64,000 nt of DNA from an uncultured Alphaproteobacteria bacterium (GTDB lineage Bacteria > Pseudomonadota > Alphaproteobacteria > Rhizobiales > Hyphomicrobiaceae): NCBI GenBank assembly GCA_963696075.1, contig CAVOJD010000036.1:2199-66198 (forward strand). Reading direction: 5' to 3'. Below are positions 19,256-28,572 of this stretch, piece by piece. The position numbers and the translations under genes were made by a program. Below the pieces are notes generated by a model. The model did no database searches, was not told where the DNA came from, and saw nothing but the letters and a program-made list of their open reading frames with translations. Each line of letters begins with the position of its first letter. Position 1 is the stretch's first letter.

Positions 19256-19609
19256 CCCACGCCTTTCCGGTTCAGCTTTCCGCGAAACGGCGCAACAGCC
19301 TGATTGGGCCTCTCGATTTCATGATCCATGGTGGTCGAGACGCGAAATCCCGACCGGCATCGGCTCGTTTGTTTTTCCATTTCATTAGCCACCCCCACGC
19401 CGTCATGGCCGCGACGGCGGCCATCCACGCGCGCCTCGGCAAACGAGGCGCTTGCGGTGGAGTACATATTCCGCGGCAACGACATAGTGACCCGACAAAC
19501 CGCGTGAATGGAAACGCCCGTGGATGGCCGCCGTCGCGGCCATGACGCGTTGGGAAGGGAAAGCGGGGTCTACTCCTAGAGCGTTGGAGTTAGACCGGAC
19601 AGGTGTGGG
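19256..19609. mobile_element. MITE-like non-coding element, copy 1 (354 bp)
   Basis: Terminal inverted repeats CCCACGCCTTTCCGGT and ACCGGACAGGTGTGGG (14/16 complementary). 5-bp direct repeat ACAGG at 19251-19255 and 19610-19614. Homologous to 28573-28924. Confidence 0.75.
19401..19547. repeat. 29-bp perfect inverted repeats bracketing an 89-bp core (inside MITE copy 1)
   Basis: CGTCATGGCCGCGACGGCGGCCATCCACG at 19401-19429; its exact reverse complement at 19519-19547. Each arm also contains its own hairpin ATGGCCGC/GCGGCCAT. Confidence 0.9.
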
Positions 19610-19656
19610 ACAGGCCCTCGCTTGGCCGTTGCCTCATCTGATGCGCCCGTGCCGCA

Positions 19657-20532
19657 TCAGATGCCGCGGCCTTCCACCTTCTGGCGAAGCGTTTCCAACG
19701 CCTTGTCGAGACCCGGCCAGAACGGATGCACGTCCTTGAGTTTTTCATAAACGCTGAGCGCCTTCGCTTCGTCGCCCATCTGCTGGAAAACCGTGCCCAA
19801 CCCATCGAGCGCCTTGAAGTGATTGGGGTCGAGCGCCAGCGCCCGGCGCAAGTCTCCGGCCGCTGCCCGGTAGTTGTTCATGTGGTAGTGAACGAAGGCG
19901 CGCCGGTTCCATGCCTCGGCATTGTCCGGCGACAGTTCCACGATCGCGTTCAACAGCTCCAGCGCCAGTTCGTGCTTCTTCGCCTTCACCGCCCGCGTCG
20001 CCCGCACCAGCAGCACGCTGGTCGTATCGCTGCCCGTCTCCGCCCAAACACGCTGCAGCTGCTGCGCGATCTGACGGCCTTCCTTCTCGGTGCCAGCGCT
20101 CGCCAGCAACGCATAAAGATCATCGCGCAACGCCGCGCGCTTGGCCCCGTGTTTCGGAATACCGTCTTTCATGACAAGGCCGAGTGGTGACTGCGGCTCG
20201 GGCGCGCTATCAGCCCCCGCATCGGCCTGCCCCTGCCCGCCGTCGCCGTCCTGCTCTTCGGCGCCGGGACCCAGTGCCTCACCGCCTGAACCGTCATCCC
20301 CGCGCCCCTCATCGCCCGGCACACCGCCGTTCGGCGTATCGGGCAGGCGCTCCGGCCGCTCGCCATCGCTCTCCGGTATCGGCGCCGGCACGTTCTCACG
20401 CGGCGGCTGGAGCTGATCCTGCCCCTCGCGCGTGCCCTGTGCCTGCGCATCGGGCGCGAAAGCACTGATACCGAGCCCAAATGCCGCCGCCAGAGCGAGT
20501 ACAGTCAGCCGTTTCGCTTCCATGACCTTCAC
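19657..20532 (-). CDS. secreted tetratricopeptide-repeat protein
   Basis: Signal peptide (LTVLALAAAFGLGISAFAPDAQA), acidic Gly/Pro-rich linker, C-terminal TPR motifs (AEAWNRRAFVHYHMNNYRAAAGDLRRALALDPNH). Start is GTG 20532 or ATG 20523. Confidence 0.75.
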   Translation of the reverse strand: MKVMEAKRLTVLALAAAFGLGISAFAPDAQAQGTREGQDQLQPPRENVPAPIPESDGERPERLPDTPNGGVPGDEGRGDDGSGGEALGPGAEEQDGDGGQGQADAGADSAPEPQSPLGLVMKDGIPKHGAKRAALRDDLYALLASAGTEKEGRQIAQQLQRVWAETGSDTTSVLLVRATRAVKAKKHELALELLNAIVELSPDNAEAWNRRAFVHYHMNNYRAAAGDLRRALALDPNHFKALDGLGTVFQQMGDEAKALSVYEKLKDVHPFWPGLDKALETLRQKVEGRGI

Positions 20533-20739
20533 CGATCATCACCTCAAGAACACCGTGCGTCGCACATGGCAAACCCGTAACGGCCGGCCAGATACGATCG
20601 CCTGACACAATGGGCCAGACACGACAATAAATCCACTGCCAGCGAACCACCCGGCAGCAGAGATATTGGCGTCAATGAAGGCAATTTTCAGTGTGGTCGC
20701 TAAATCACGGGCCAAGCCGTCAGTCGTGACCGATCGGCC

Positions 20740-20865
20740 TCAGCCCTGGCGAGCCTTGAAGCGGCGCTGCGTCTTGTTGATGACGTAGATGCGACCACGC
20801 CGACGCACGACCCGATTGTCCCGGTGTCGCGTCTTGAGCGCCTTGATGGAGTTCTTGATCTTCAT
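20740..20865 (-). CDS. rpmJ: 50S ribosomal protein L36 (cysteine-free type)
   Basis: My own translation of the minus strand: [41 protein letters not shown], then TGA. 41 aa, below the ORF-track cutoff. Confidence 0.9.
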   Translation of the reverse strand: MKIKNSIKALKTRHRDNRVVRRRGRIYVINKTQRRFKARQG

Positions 20866-21085
20866 GACCGGTTCCCGAATGAACAAAACCGGTAGGTCTG
20901 CCGCCTGCCAGGGGCGCAGGACACCGGTGATCGAAGCTTGAAATTGGTTGTTTTGCCGCCCAAACAGCGTGAGAGAACACGGCTTGCCCAGCTACGGCAG
21001 GATCTGAGAACGCCCCTTATCGTATGCCGCCCGCCGCCTGTCAACCAATCACAGCGCCCGGCGAGCAACCTTACGAGCAACCTTA

Positions 21086-21613
21086 TCAGGCCTGCCGGCA
21101 CGACTTTCGCAGCATCTCCGGCAACGCCCGCGGCGCATCTTGCCGCTCCAACCGCTTCCGGCTTCCATCCGCATACGTGATATCGATCTGCCGGATCTCG
21201 ACGCACGACACCTGCTTGTCGTACCAGACTTGCGCCCAACGCGTCGCATCCGACTTCTGACGCGGCTGCAGCGGGCCCTTGAAGCGCAGCCTGACGAGCT
21301 CCTTGTCGCCTGCGAACGGCGCCACCACCCGGCCGCCCGTGTTGTATCCAACAACGATCAGGTCGACATACCGATAGGGTTTGTCGGACGTATTGTGGAG
21401 CTGCGCCGTTACGCCCACCGCGCCCTTGGTGTCCGGTGGCGTCGCCTCCATGAAGCCGACCAGGACCGGCTGCTTCTCACGCTCAGCCGCAGCAATCGCG
21501 CCCGTCGTAATCCGCCCCGGCTCCAGATACGCCGCCCCCCCGCAGCCCTGGAGAACCAGCACGGCTGCAATCCCCGCGAAAGCGGCGGCACGCGCCCTGA
21601 TGGAAATCCCCAT
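21086..21613 (-). CDS. hypothetical lipoprotein
   Basis: N-terminus MGISIRARAAAFAGIAAVLVLQGC has a lipobox. High GC3. No recognisable family. Confidence 0.55.
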   Translation of the reverse strand: MGISIRARAAAFAGIAAVLVLQGCGGAAYLEPGRITTGAIAAAEREKQPVLVGFMEATPPDTKGAVGVTAQLHNTSDKPYRYVDLIVVGYNTGGRVVAPFAGDKELVRLRFKGPLQPRQKSDATRWAQVWYDKQVSCVEIRQIDITYADGSRKRLERQDAPRALPEMLRKSCRQA

Positions 21614-21735
21614 GATGCCCGCTTCCTCCCTCTTGAAGGCCGCCTTGCATATCCTTCCCATCCACCATCTGGCCAGCCAGTCATCCCCAAAAAGTGTGTC
21701 GTTATCCACCGGCTGGGAAAACCACTTCCCGCGCG

Positions 21736-22272
21736 TTAGCGCCCCCCATCACCCCCCACCTCGCGGCGCAACTGATCGACATCAAGCCGCCGCGTGAACA
21801 TCTCCAACTCACCCGCCCCATTGCGCGGCCAGTCTTCCGGCGCCCGGTCGCGGTAGAGTTCGAGGCCGTTCCCATCCGGGTCATCGAGATAAAGCGCTTC
21901 CGAAACGCCATGATCGCTCGCCCCGGTCAGCGCAACGCCCGCCGCATCAAGCCGGTGCAGCGCATCCGCGAGACTGGCCCGGTCCGGATAGAGGATGGCG
22001 ACATGATAAAGTCCGGTTGTCCCGGCGGCCGGGCGCCCGCCGCCCCGGCTGTCCCAGGTGTTGAGGCCGAGGTGATGGTGATACCCGCCGGCCGCCAGGA
22101 ACGCTGCATCATCCCCGATCCGCTGCATCATCTCGAAACCCAGCACCCCACAATAAAACGCCAGCGCCCGGTCAAGATCAGAGACCTTGAGGTGGGCATG
22201 GCCGATCCGCACCCGGTCATCGATCGGGCGATCGCTGCCGCTGGCAAGCGGCTTCAAGCGAGGTGGTGACAT
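21736..22272 (-). CDS. VOC (glyoxalase/bleomycin resistance/extradiol dioxygenase) family protein
   Basis: IGHAHLKVSDLDRALAFYCGVLGFE, YHHHLGLNTW, GLYHVAILYP, SEALYLDDPDGNGLELY. Confidence 0.75.
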   Translation of the reverse strand: MSPPRLKPLASGSDRPIDDRVRIGHAHLKVSDLDRALAFYCGVLGFEMMQRIGDDAAFLAAGGYHHHLGLNTWDSRGGGRPAAGTTGLYHVAILYPDRASLADALHRLDAAGVALTGASDHGVSEALYLDDPDGNGLELYRDRAPEDWPRNGAGELEMFTRRLDVDQLRREVGGDGGR

Positions 22273-22620
22273 GTGTCTCTCCTGCAGTGATCGATGCGAA
22301 CTCAGCACAGCATCCACGTGATGAATGAGCGGCGCGACCCTCGGCTCTCTTGGCCTCGCCGCTCCCCCCAGCGATAGAGTGCTACGCCTAAATCACTTTC
22401 CCAAGCAGCGCCTGCGGCCAGTTGTCGGGTGCGCGCTCGGATGAAGTCTGTCCGTCCCGCCGGTAGCCCTAGGCCCGGCGCTCAAACGGCAAGCCGCCGC
22501 TGACACATCTGCGCAGGGCACGCCGACGCATAGGGATCACGGTGCGGGTCATCAGTCGAACGAACCCGCCCAAACAGTCATAACAGCAGTAACAAGCGAC
22601 AAACAACGAGAGGACAACAC

Positions 22621-23505
22621 ATGGCGAACAAGGACCGCGTCATCGGATTTATCGGCTTGGGCCAGATGGGTGGCCCAATGGCCGCCAACATTGCAAAGGC
22701 AGGCTTCAAATTGGTCTGCTACGACAACGCCGGTGTCGAGCAACTGAAGCCCGAGGGCGCCATCGCCTGCCCCTCTCTGGAAGACGTCATCACGCAAGCC
22801 GACACCGTCTTCCTGTCGCTGCCAAACGGCGCGATCGTAAACCAGGTCGCGGAGCAGATCGCAGCCGTCGCCAACCCGCGCACGACCTTCGTGGTCGACC
22901 TCTCGACCATCGGCCCCGATGCAGCCCGCCAGGCAGCCAAGACACTCGCGGCCAAGAACATCGTCTTTGGTGATGCCCCCGTTTCGGGCGGACGCAGCGG
23001 CGCCATCAAAGGCACCATCACCCTCATCTACGCCGGCGACAAGGCCACCTTCGATGATCACAAGGATGTCTTCGACGCATTTTGCGGCAACCCGTTTCAC
23101 GTCGGCGACGAACCCGGCCAGGGCCAGGCCCTCAAACTGCTCAACAACTTCCTCTCCGCGACCGCGATGGCAGCCACATCCGAAGCCGTCGTCTACGGCC
23201 TGTCCCAGGGCCTCGACATGAAAACGATTCTCGATGTCGTGAACGTATCGACCGGCGCCAACATGGCGAGCCAGGACAAGTTCCCAAACCGCGTTCTGAC
23301 CGGCACGTTCGACGCCGGCTTCTATGCAGAACTCCTGAACAAGGACGTGCAGCTCTACATCACCAACGTTCGCAACGCGAAGACCCCCTCCGACGTCGGC
23401 GAGACGGTCTCCTCGATCTGGCAGCAAGGCACCGACCACTTCGAGCCGAAGACGGATTTTACGAACATCTTCAAATTCATTCGCGATCACCGTGGCAACG
23501 AATGA
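22621..23505 (+). CDS. NAD(P)-dependent oxidoreductase, 3-hydroxyisobutyrate dehydrogenase family
   Basis: VIGFIGLGQMGGPMAANIAKAG, DAPVSGG, KLLNNFL. GAGAGGA precedes the ATG. Confidence 0.85.
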   Translation: MANKDRVIGFIGLGQMGGPMAANIAKAGFKLVCYDNAGVEQLKPEGAIACPSLEDVITQADTVFLSLPNGAIVNQVAEQIAAVANPRTTFVVDLSTIGPDAARQAAKTLAAKNIVFGDAPVSGGRSGAIKGTITLIYAGDKATFDDHKDVFDAFCGNPFHVGDEPGQGQALKLLNNFLSATAMAATSEAVVYGLSQGLDMKTILDVVNVSTGANMASQDKFPNRVLTGTFDAGFYAELLNKDVQLYITNVRNAKTPSDVGETVSSIWQQGTDHFEPKTDFTNIFKFIRDHRGNE

Positions 23506-23777
23506 TGCGAACGAACAACACTCACAGTTGATTTTTCCGGCCCCGGGCGCCGCATCGCCCGGGTGCCGCTGTCAGGCGCCAACCAGAAGAGTCCGCGCGT
23601 GCAACTGGTTAGCCGTGCAATTCGTGTCGGCGTGGCAGCGTTGTGGTCGGATTGGTGGGAACAAGTTGCTGAGTTCCTAAAGATTTCCGTTGGAACTGCA
23701 GCCGTATTTTTGCCATTGATCAGTCGACAAGTGCGAAATTGTCCGGCGTTACGGGTTAAGTTCAGAGGGAAAGTAAG

Positions 23778-24491
23778 ATGCGTTCGTTGATTGCTTTGGT
23801 TGCAGCAGCGACCACGATGGCTCTTGCAGGAGCCGCAAATGCTGCCGATCTCGGCGGCGACAATTACACATCATTCAAGGATGAAGCGCCTTACGTTCGC
23901 CAGTACAACTGGACGGGCGTCTATATCGGCGCCCAACTTGGGTATGCTTGGTCTGACGTCGACGCGGACTCAGGCCCCTTCGGCAGCTTCAATCAGAGCT
24001 ACGGCTATAACGTCGACGGCTTCATCGGCGGCGGCCACCTCGGCTATAACTGGCAGTCGCAGGGGATCGTCTTCGGCCTCGAAGCCGACGTCGAATATAC
24101 CGACCTTGAAGACGGCGGCATCGGCACGGCAGGGTTTGGCCATCGCACCGATGTCAACTGGATGGGCTCGATGCGCGCCCGCCTTGGCTTGCCGATGGAC
24201 CGGGCGTTGCTTTACGTCACGGGTGGTTGGGCTTTTGCGGACGTCGACGTCACCAAGTCGAGCCCGCCAGGCGCTGCGCCGTTCGGCTCATACGGTTCGA
24301 TACGTAACGGCTGGACCCTCGGCGTCGGTGCTGAATATGCCTTCACCGAGAACCTGACAGCCCGCCTTGAGTATCGCTATACGGACTTCGGTTCGGACAG
24401 TGGCTCGAGCCGCCCGGCAGCCGCCAACTGGCAGGACGACAGTGACCTCACGATGCACGCCCTGCGTGCCGGCATGTCGCTCAAGTTCTGA
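23778..24491 (+). CDS. outer-membrane beta-barrel protein, Omp25/Omp31/RopB family
   Basis: Signal peptide ending ANAADL. WTGVYIGAQLGYAW, GGHLGYNWQ, alternating beta-strand pattern, C-terminal LRAGMSLKF. Confidence 0.85.
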   Translation: MRSLIALVAAATTMALAGAANAADLGGDNYTSFKDEAPYVRQYNWTGVYIGAQLGYAWSDVDADSGPFGSFNQSYGYNVDGFIGGGHLGYNWQSQGIVFGLEADVEYTDLEDGGIGTAGFGHRTDVNWMGSMRARLGLPMDRALLYVTGGWAFADVDVTKSSPPGAAPFGSYGSIRNGWTLGVGAEYAFTENLTARLEYRYTDFGSDSGSSRPAAANWQDDSDLTMHALRAGMSLKF

Positions 24492-24560
24492 TCCCGCACG
24501 CGTATCGCTTCCGCGTCCACCGGCGCGTAGCACGATGACGGGCAAGAAATGATCACCTGA

Positions 24561-24599
24561 ATGAAGCAGGGCCGCGCCAATGACGCGGCCCTGCTTCAT
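24561..24599. terminator. bidirectional hairpin terminator between convergent genes
   Basis: ATGAAGCAGGGCCGCG / CGCGGCCCTGCTTCAT 16-bp stem, between the porin gene (+) and the ABC1 kinase gene (-). Confidence 0.6.
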
Positions 24600-24639
24600 T
24601 TCTGGCAAGATGTCTGGGGCTTCTTTTCCCTTGATCCGG

Positions 24640-26013
24640 TCAGACCGCGCTGCTGGCTACCGGCTGCGGCACACCAACCTCTGCAAATGTCTTGGCCTGT
24701 CGCGCACCAACCTCATCGAGATCGAAATCCTGGATCGTCTCGTTGAACAGCCGATACCAGTTGTGCCGCGCATCAAGATGCAGGAACACCCCGCCAAGCC
24801 CGATCGCCGCCCGGTCCATGAAGACAAACTCACGCGGAATGCGCACCGGCCCCTTCTCCTTCAGGATCTTGTGCACCGTGAACGCTTCCTTGCGGCCATA
24901 TTCCGCCGGCGTCGTCCCTTCCGCGATCGTCCGCTCCCGGTCATCGAGCAGCGGCCCATAGATGAACCGCGCCCAGATGTTCATCGCCTCGATCAGCTCT
25001 TCCGTGAGCCCCTGGAAGCCCCAGCTCTCATAGGCATGCACCACCCGCTCCCGGTCGCCCTCGAGCAGTCCCTTGTAAAGATCGATCACGCCCTGCACGA
25101 AGGCGGTCGGAAACGTCCGGATGCAGCCATAGTCGAGCAGATTGATGCCAGCAGGTGCCCCGTCTTCTTCAAAGATCGTGTAGTTGCCAAGATGCGGGTC
25201 GCCATGGATCACCCCATAGTGACTGAACGGGTACCACCACGCCTTGAACATCGCCTCCGCGATCCGGTTGCGATCCTCCAGCGGCGCGCCCTTGTAGTCC
25301 ATCAGCGGCGCGCCATCGAGCCACCGCATCGTCAACAATCGCTTTGTCGACAGCTCTTCGTGCACGCCCGGCACCCGGATGCGATCATCATTTTCGAAGA
25401 TCCGCTCATAAAGCCGGGCATGCCGCGCCTCCAGCGTATAGTCGAGCTCTTCGCGCAGCCGCGCCGCGATCTCCTGCAGCATCTCGCGCGTGTCGACCGC
25501 TGGGTTCATCCGCGCATGAATGCGAAAGATGACGCCGAGCTGCGAAACGTCCGCCTCCACCGCCGATTGCATATCCGGGTACTGCAGCTTGCACGCCAGC
25601 ACCTCCCCGTCATGCGAGACCGCCTTGTGAACTTGCCCCAGCGACGCGGACGCCGCCGCCTTGTTATCGAACGACTGGAACCGCTTTTGCCAATCGGCCC
25701 CGAGTTCGGCAACCATGCGCCGCTTGACGAAGGCGGGCCCCATCGCCGGCGCATTCGACTGCAGTTGGGCAAGCTCGCGTGCATACTCCGCCGGCAGCGC
25801 TTCGGGAATGGTCGAGAGCAGTTGCGCAACCTTCATGATCGGCCCCTTGAGGCCGCCCAGCGCTCGCGCAAGTTCAATCGCATCCTTGGACTTGTCCGCC
25901 TCGAAGCCGAACAACCGCTGTCCCGCCACCCTGGCCGCAATCGAGCCGACGTTGCCGCCAACCTTGAAATAACGCGCCGTGCGCGCGGACAACCGGTTCT
26001 CTTCGCCACTCAT
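24640..26013 (-). CDS. ABC1/UbiB-family atypical kinase
   Basis: GLKGPIMKVAQLLSTIPEALPAEYARELAQLQSNAP, ASLGQVHKA, HGDPHLGN, LLDYG. Confidence 0.85.
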   Translation of the reverse strand: MSGEENRLSARTARYFKVGGNVGSIAARVAGQRLFGFEADKSKDAIELARALGGLKGPIMKVAQLLSTIPEALPAEYARELAQLQSNAPAMGPAFVKRRMVAELGADWQKRFQSFDNKAAASASLGQVHKAVSHDGEVLACKLQYPDMQSAVEADVSQLGVIFRIHARMNPAVDTREMLQEIAARLREELDYTLEARHARLYERIFENDDRIRVPGVHEELSTKRLLTMRWLDGAPLMDYKGAPLEDRNRIAEAMFKAWWYPFSHYGVIHGDPHLGNYTIFEEDGAPAGINLLDYGCIRTFPTAFVQGVIDLYKGLLEGDRERVVHAYESWGFQGLTEELIEAMNIWARFIYGPLLDDRERTIAEGTTPAEYGRKEAFTVHKILKEKGPVRIPREFVFMDRAAIGLGGVFLHLDARHNWYRLFNETIQDFDLDEVGARQAKTFAEVGVPQPVASSAV

Positions 26014-26238
26014 GGGCCAGCCACAATCCTGTTTTTTTCGATTACACCAAGATAACGGAGATGGCGTCCGCGGCGATCACTTGCAATGCGCCGCGCAGTC
26101 TCCCGTCCAAGGCACCGTATCGATCAAATCTGCCGCGTCGGGCCCGACCTGCGCTTTCCCGTGGAGATATCGCTCTGCCGCTGGCCCCCCCGCCGCCGCT
26201 GTGTTACCGCAGCTTTGAAACGCGGGGGATAAGCAACC

Positions 26239-27102
26239 ATGATCGACCCCATAACAACACAGCCGAACGACGGCCCTGAATGGGGCACTTATGCACCAAA
26301 CACCAGCGTCGCCTGGCTGATCGGCCTCGCTCGCCGTTCGCCCCTTGGTCGCGGCATCGCGCGCCGGCTGATCTACAATGCCATCAACCGCCAGCACCCC
26401 GATCCAATCGACACCCGCATCTGGGGCACCCGCGTCCGCCTCCACCATCGCATCAACGTCTCCGAGCGCAAAAGCCTGCTCCGCCCCGATCTCCTTGATC
26501 CCGCCGAACTGCGCCTTATCCGCGAAGCGCTCAACCACCCCGGCGCCGTGTTCGTTGACGTTGGCTCCAACGCCGGCCTTTACGCACTGAACGTCGCCCT
26601 GAACGCCAGCGCCGGCACGCGCATCGTCGCCATCGAACCATCACCCGACCTGATCGCACGGCTCTCCTACAATCTCGACCGCGCCCGCGAAGACGGCCTG
26701 ATCGATCCCGGCGTCCGCCTCGACCGCCTCAACATCGCGGTCAGCGACACCGACGGCACCGGCACCCTCTCGATCGCTGGCGGGGAAGGCAATCGCGGCC
26801 TGGTCGCCGGTGAGAAAGGCATCGAAGTCCCAGTTCGAAGGCTCTCCGCTGCGCTTTCCGAAATCGGCATCACAGCAATCGATGCGATGAAGATCGATGT
26901 CGAAGGCCATGAAGACCACGTCCTGCCGCCCTATCTCGACGACACCGCCCCCGAAGCCTGGCCCCGCCTCGTCGTCCTCGAACACCTCTCGCGCGCGGAC
27001 TGGTCCGTCGACGTCATCGCGGACTGCGAACGGCGCGGATATCGGATCGAACGCCGCATCCGCAACAACACCATTCTGCGCCGCACCAGCCCCATCGCCT
27101 GA
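26239..27102 (+). CDS. FkbM family methyltransferase (second copy of the family in the window)
   Basis: VFVDVGSNAGLYAL, IEPSPDLIARL, AMKIDVEGHEDHVL. Confidence 0.75.
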   Translation: MIDPITTQPNDGPEWGTYAPNTSVAWLIGLARRSPLGRGIARRLIYNAINRQHPDPIDTRIWGTRVRLHHRINVSERKSLLRPDLLDPAELRLIREALNHPGAVFVDVGSNAGLYALNVALNASAGTRIVAIEPSPDLIARLSYNLDRAREDGLIDPGVRLDRLNIAVSDTDGTGTLSIAGGEGNRGLVAGEKGIEVPVRRLSAALSEIGITAIDAMKIDVEGHEDHVLPPYLDDTAPEAWPRLVVLEHLSRADWSVDVIADCERRGYRIERRIRNNTILRRTSPIA

Positions 27103-27195
27103 CGAATAGTCTCATCCCCCCGCTTGCACCGCGCCGGTGAATACCGGAATGTCGGAGCCTTATCCGTGAGTTCACGATTTTAGGCCTCCCCGCGC

Positions 27196-28467
27196 ATGAT
27201 GAAATTCTTCTCCTGGCTCATCTCGCCGACCGGCGTTGCCGTGTGCACGATCGGCATTGTCCAGATCATCGTTTGGGGCACCTCGTTCTATTCACTCGGC
27301 GTCCTCGCCCATCCGATCATTGAGGATACAGGCTGGAGCACGACCCTCGTCTTTGCCGGCCTCACCATCGGCCTGCTTGCCTCCAGCGCCATCTCGACCT
27401 GGGCCGGCGCCCTGATCGATCGCGTCGGCGCCCGCCTTGTCATGACGCTCGGCTCCATCCTCCTCGCAGCCACCCTTGCAGCCGTCGCCCTGAGCCCCAC
27501 GCTCTGGTGGTATCTCGCCGCCTGGGTCGCCGTCGGCCTCGCCATGCGGATCACGCTTTACGATGCAGCCTTTGCCGCCATGGTCCAGGTCTCGCCCGCA
27601 AACGGCCGTCAGGCGATCGCCTTTCTCACGCTCTTCGGCGGCTTCGCCTCGACCGTCTTCTGGCTGATCGGCCACGAACTCGTCACGCTCTACGGCTGGC
27701 GCACGACGTACTGGATTTTCGCCGGCCTCAACCTCTGCCTCTCGGCCCCGCTCTGCTACATCGGCCTCGCCCGCCGCGAGAAACCCGTGGCAGCCTCCCC
27801 CGACACGCCTGCAGCAAAGGCTGCGCCGGACTACGCGACCCGCCCGCCGCTCGAAGGCCGCCCGCGCACGATCGCCATGGCGCTTTTCTGCCTTGTCATG
27901 TCCGGCAACGCCCTCATCTTCGGCGTCGGCGCGGTCCACCTCGTCGGCCTCATCGAAGCCTCCGGCGTCGCCCTGGCGCTTGCCGTCTCGATCGCCTCGA
28001 TGAAAGGCGTGGCCCAGGTCGCAGGCCGCATCTGGGAAATCATCTGGGGCCGCAACATCGACCCCGTGAACCTCGGCCGCATCGCGATCGCCCTGCTGCC
28101 GGTCGCCTTCATCATCCTGCTGTTCGCCGGCGCCGATTGGTTGACCGCCGCCACCTTCACCTTGATCTTCGGCGCCTCGAACGGCCTCGTCACCATTGTG
28201 CGCGGCGCCGTCCCCCTCGCCCTCTTCGGCGCCGAGGGCTACGGCAAGGTCCTCGGCATCATCGCCACGCCGGTCCTCTTGTTCAACGCCATCTCACCGA
28301 TGCTGTTCGCGGCAATTGTGGAAGCCTGGGACTATCGCACAGGCACCTGGATCTTGTTCGCCCTCGCCCTTCTCTCCGCCGCCGCGATGGAGGGCATGGC
28401 CACCTGGTACCGCCGCCACTTGGCGCGCACGACCACCCCCACCGACGCCACCGGATCCCGCGCTTGA
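27196..28467 (+). CDS. MFS transporter
   Basis: About 12 predicted hydrophobic helices, with the GALIDRVGAR loop after TM2. Confidence 0.8.
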   Translation: MMKFFSWLISPTGVAVCTIGIVQIIVWGTSFYSLGVLAHPIIEDTGWSTTLVFAGLTIGLLASSAISTWAGALIDRVGARLVMTLGSILLAATLAAVALSPTLWWYLAAWVAVGLAMRITLYDAAFAAMVQVSPANGRQAIAFLTLFGGFASTVFWLIGHELVTLYGWRTTYWIFAGLNLCLSAPLCYIGLARREKPVAASPDTPAAKAAPDYATRPPLEGRPRTIAMALFCLVMSGNALIFGVGAVHLVGLIEASGVALALAVSIASMKGVAQVAGRIWEIIWGRNIDPVNLGRIAIALLPVAFIILLFAGADWLTAATFTLIFGASNGLVTIVRGAVPLALFGAEGYGKVLGIIATPVLLFNAISPMLFAAIVEAWDYRTGTWILFALALLSAAAMEGMATWYRRHLARTTTPTDATGSRA

Positions 28468-28572
28468 GACGTAATCGCCGCGCATCGCATCGATCGAGTA
28501 CGGCAGCGACCCGGCCCGCATCCAGCGCTTCTCTTGAACAACGAACCCCTCGTCTGTCATCCTCGGGCTTGT

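Noticed and set aside
18832-19545. ORFs running through the MITE copies (18832-19545, 19216-19485 minus, 27507-28808, 28645-28860), sharing 'VQLSAKRRNSLIGPLDFMI.GGRDAKSRP'.
   Set aside because: The shared peptide only reflects the shared DNA repeat. The ORFs start or end in unrelated flanking sequence, differ between copies and have no coding-type GC3.
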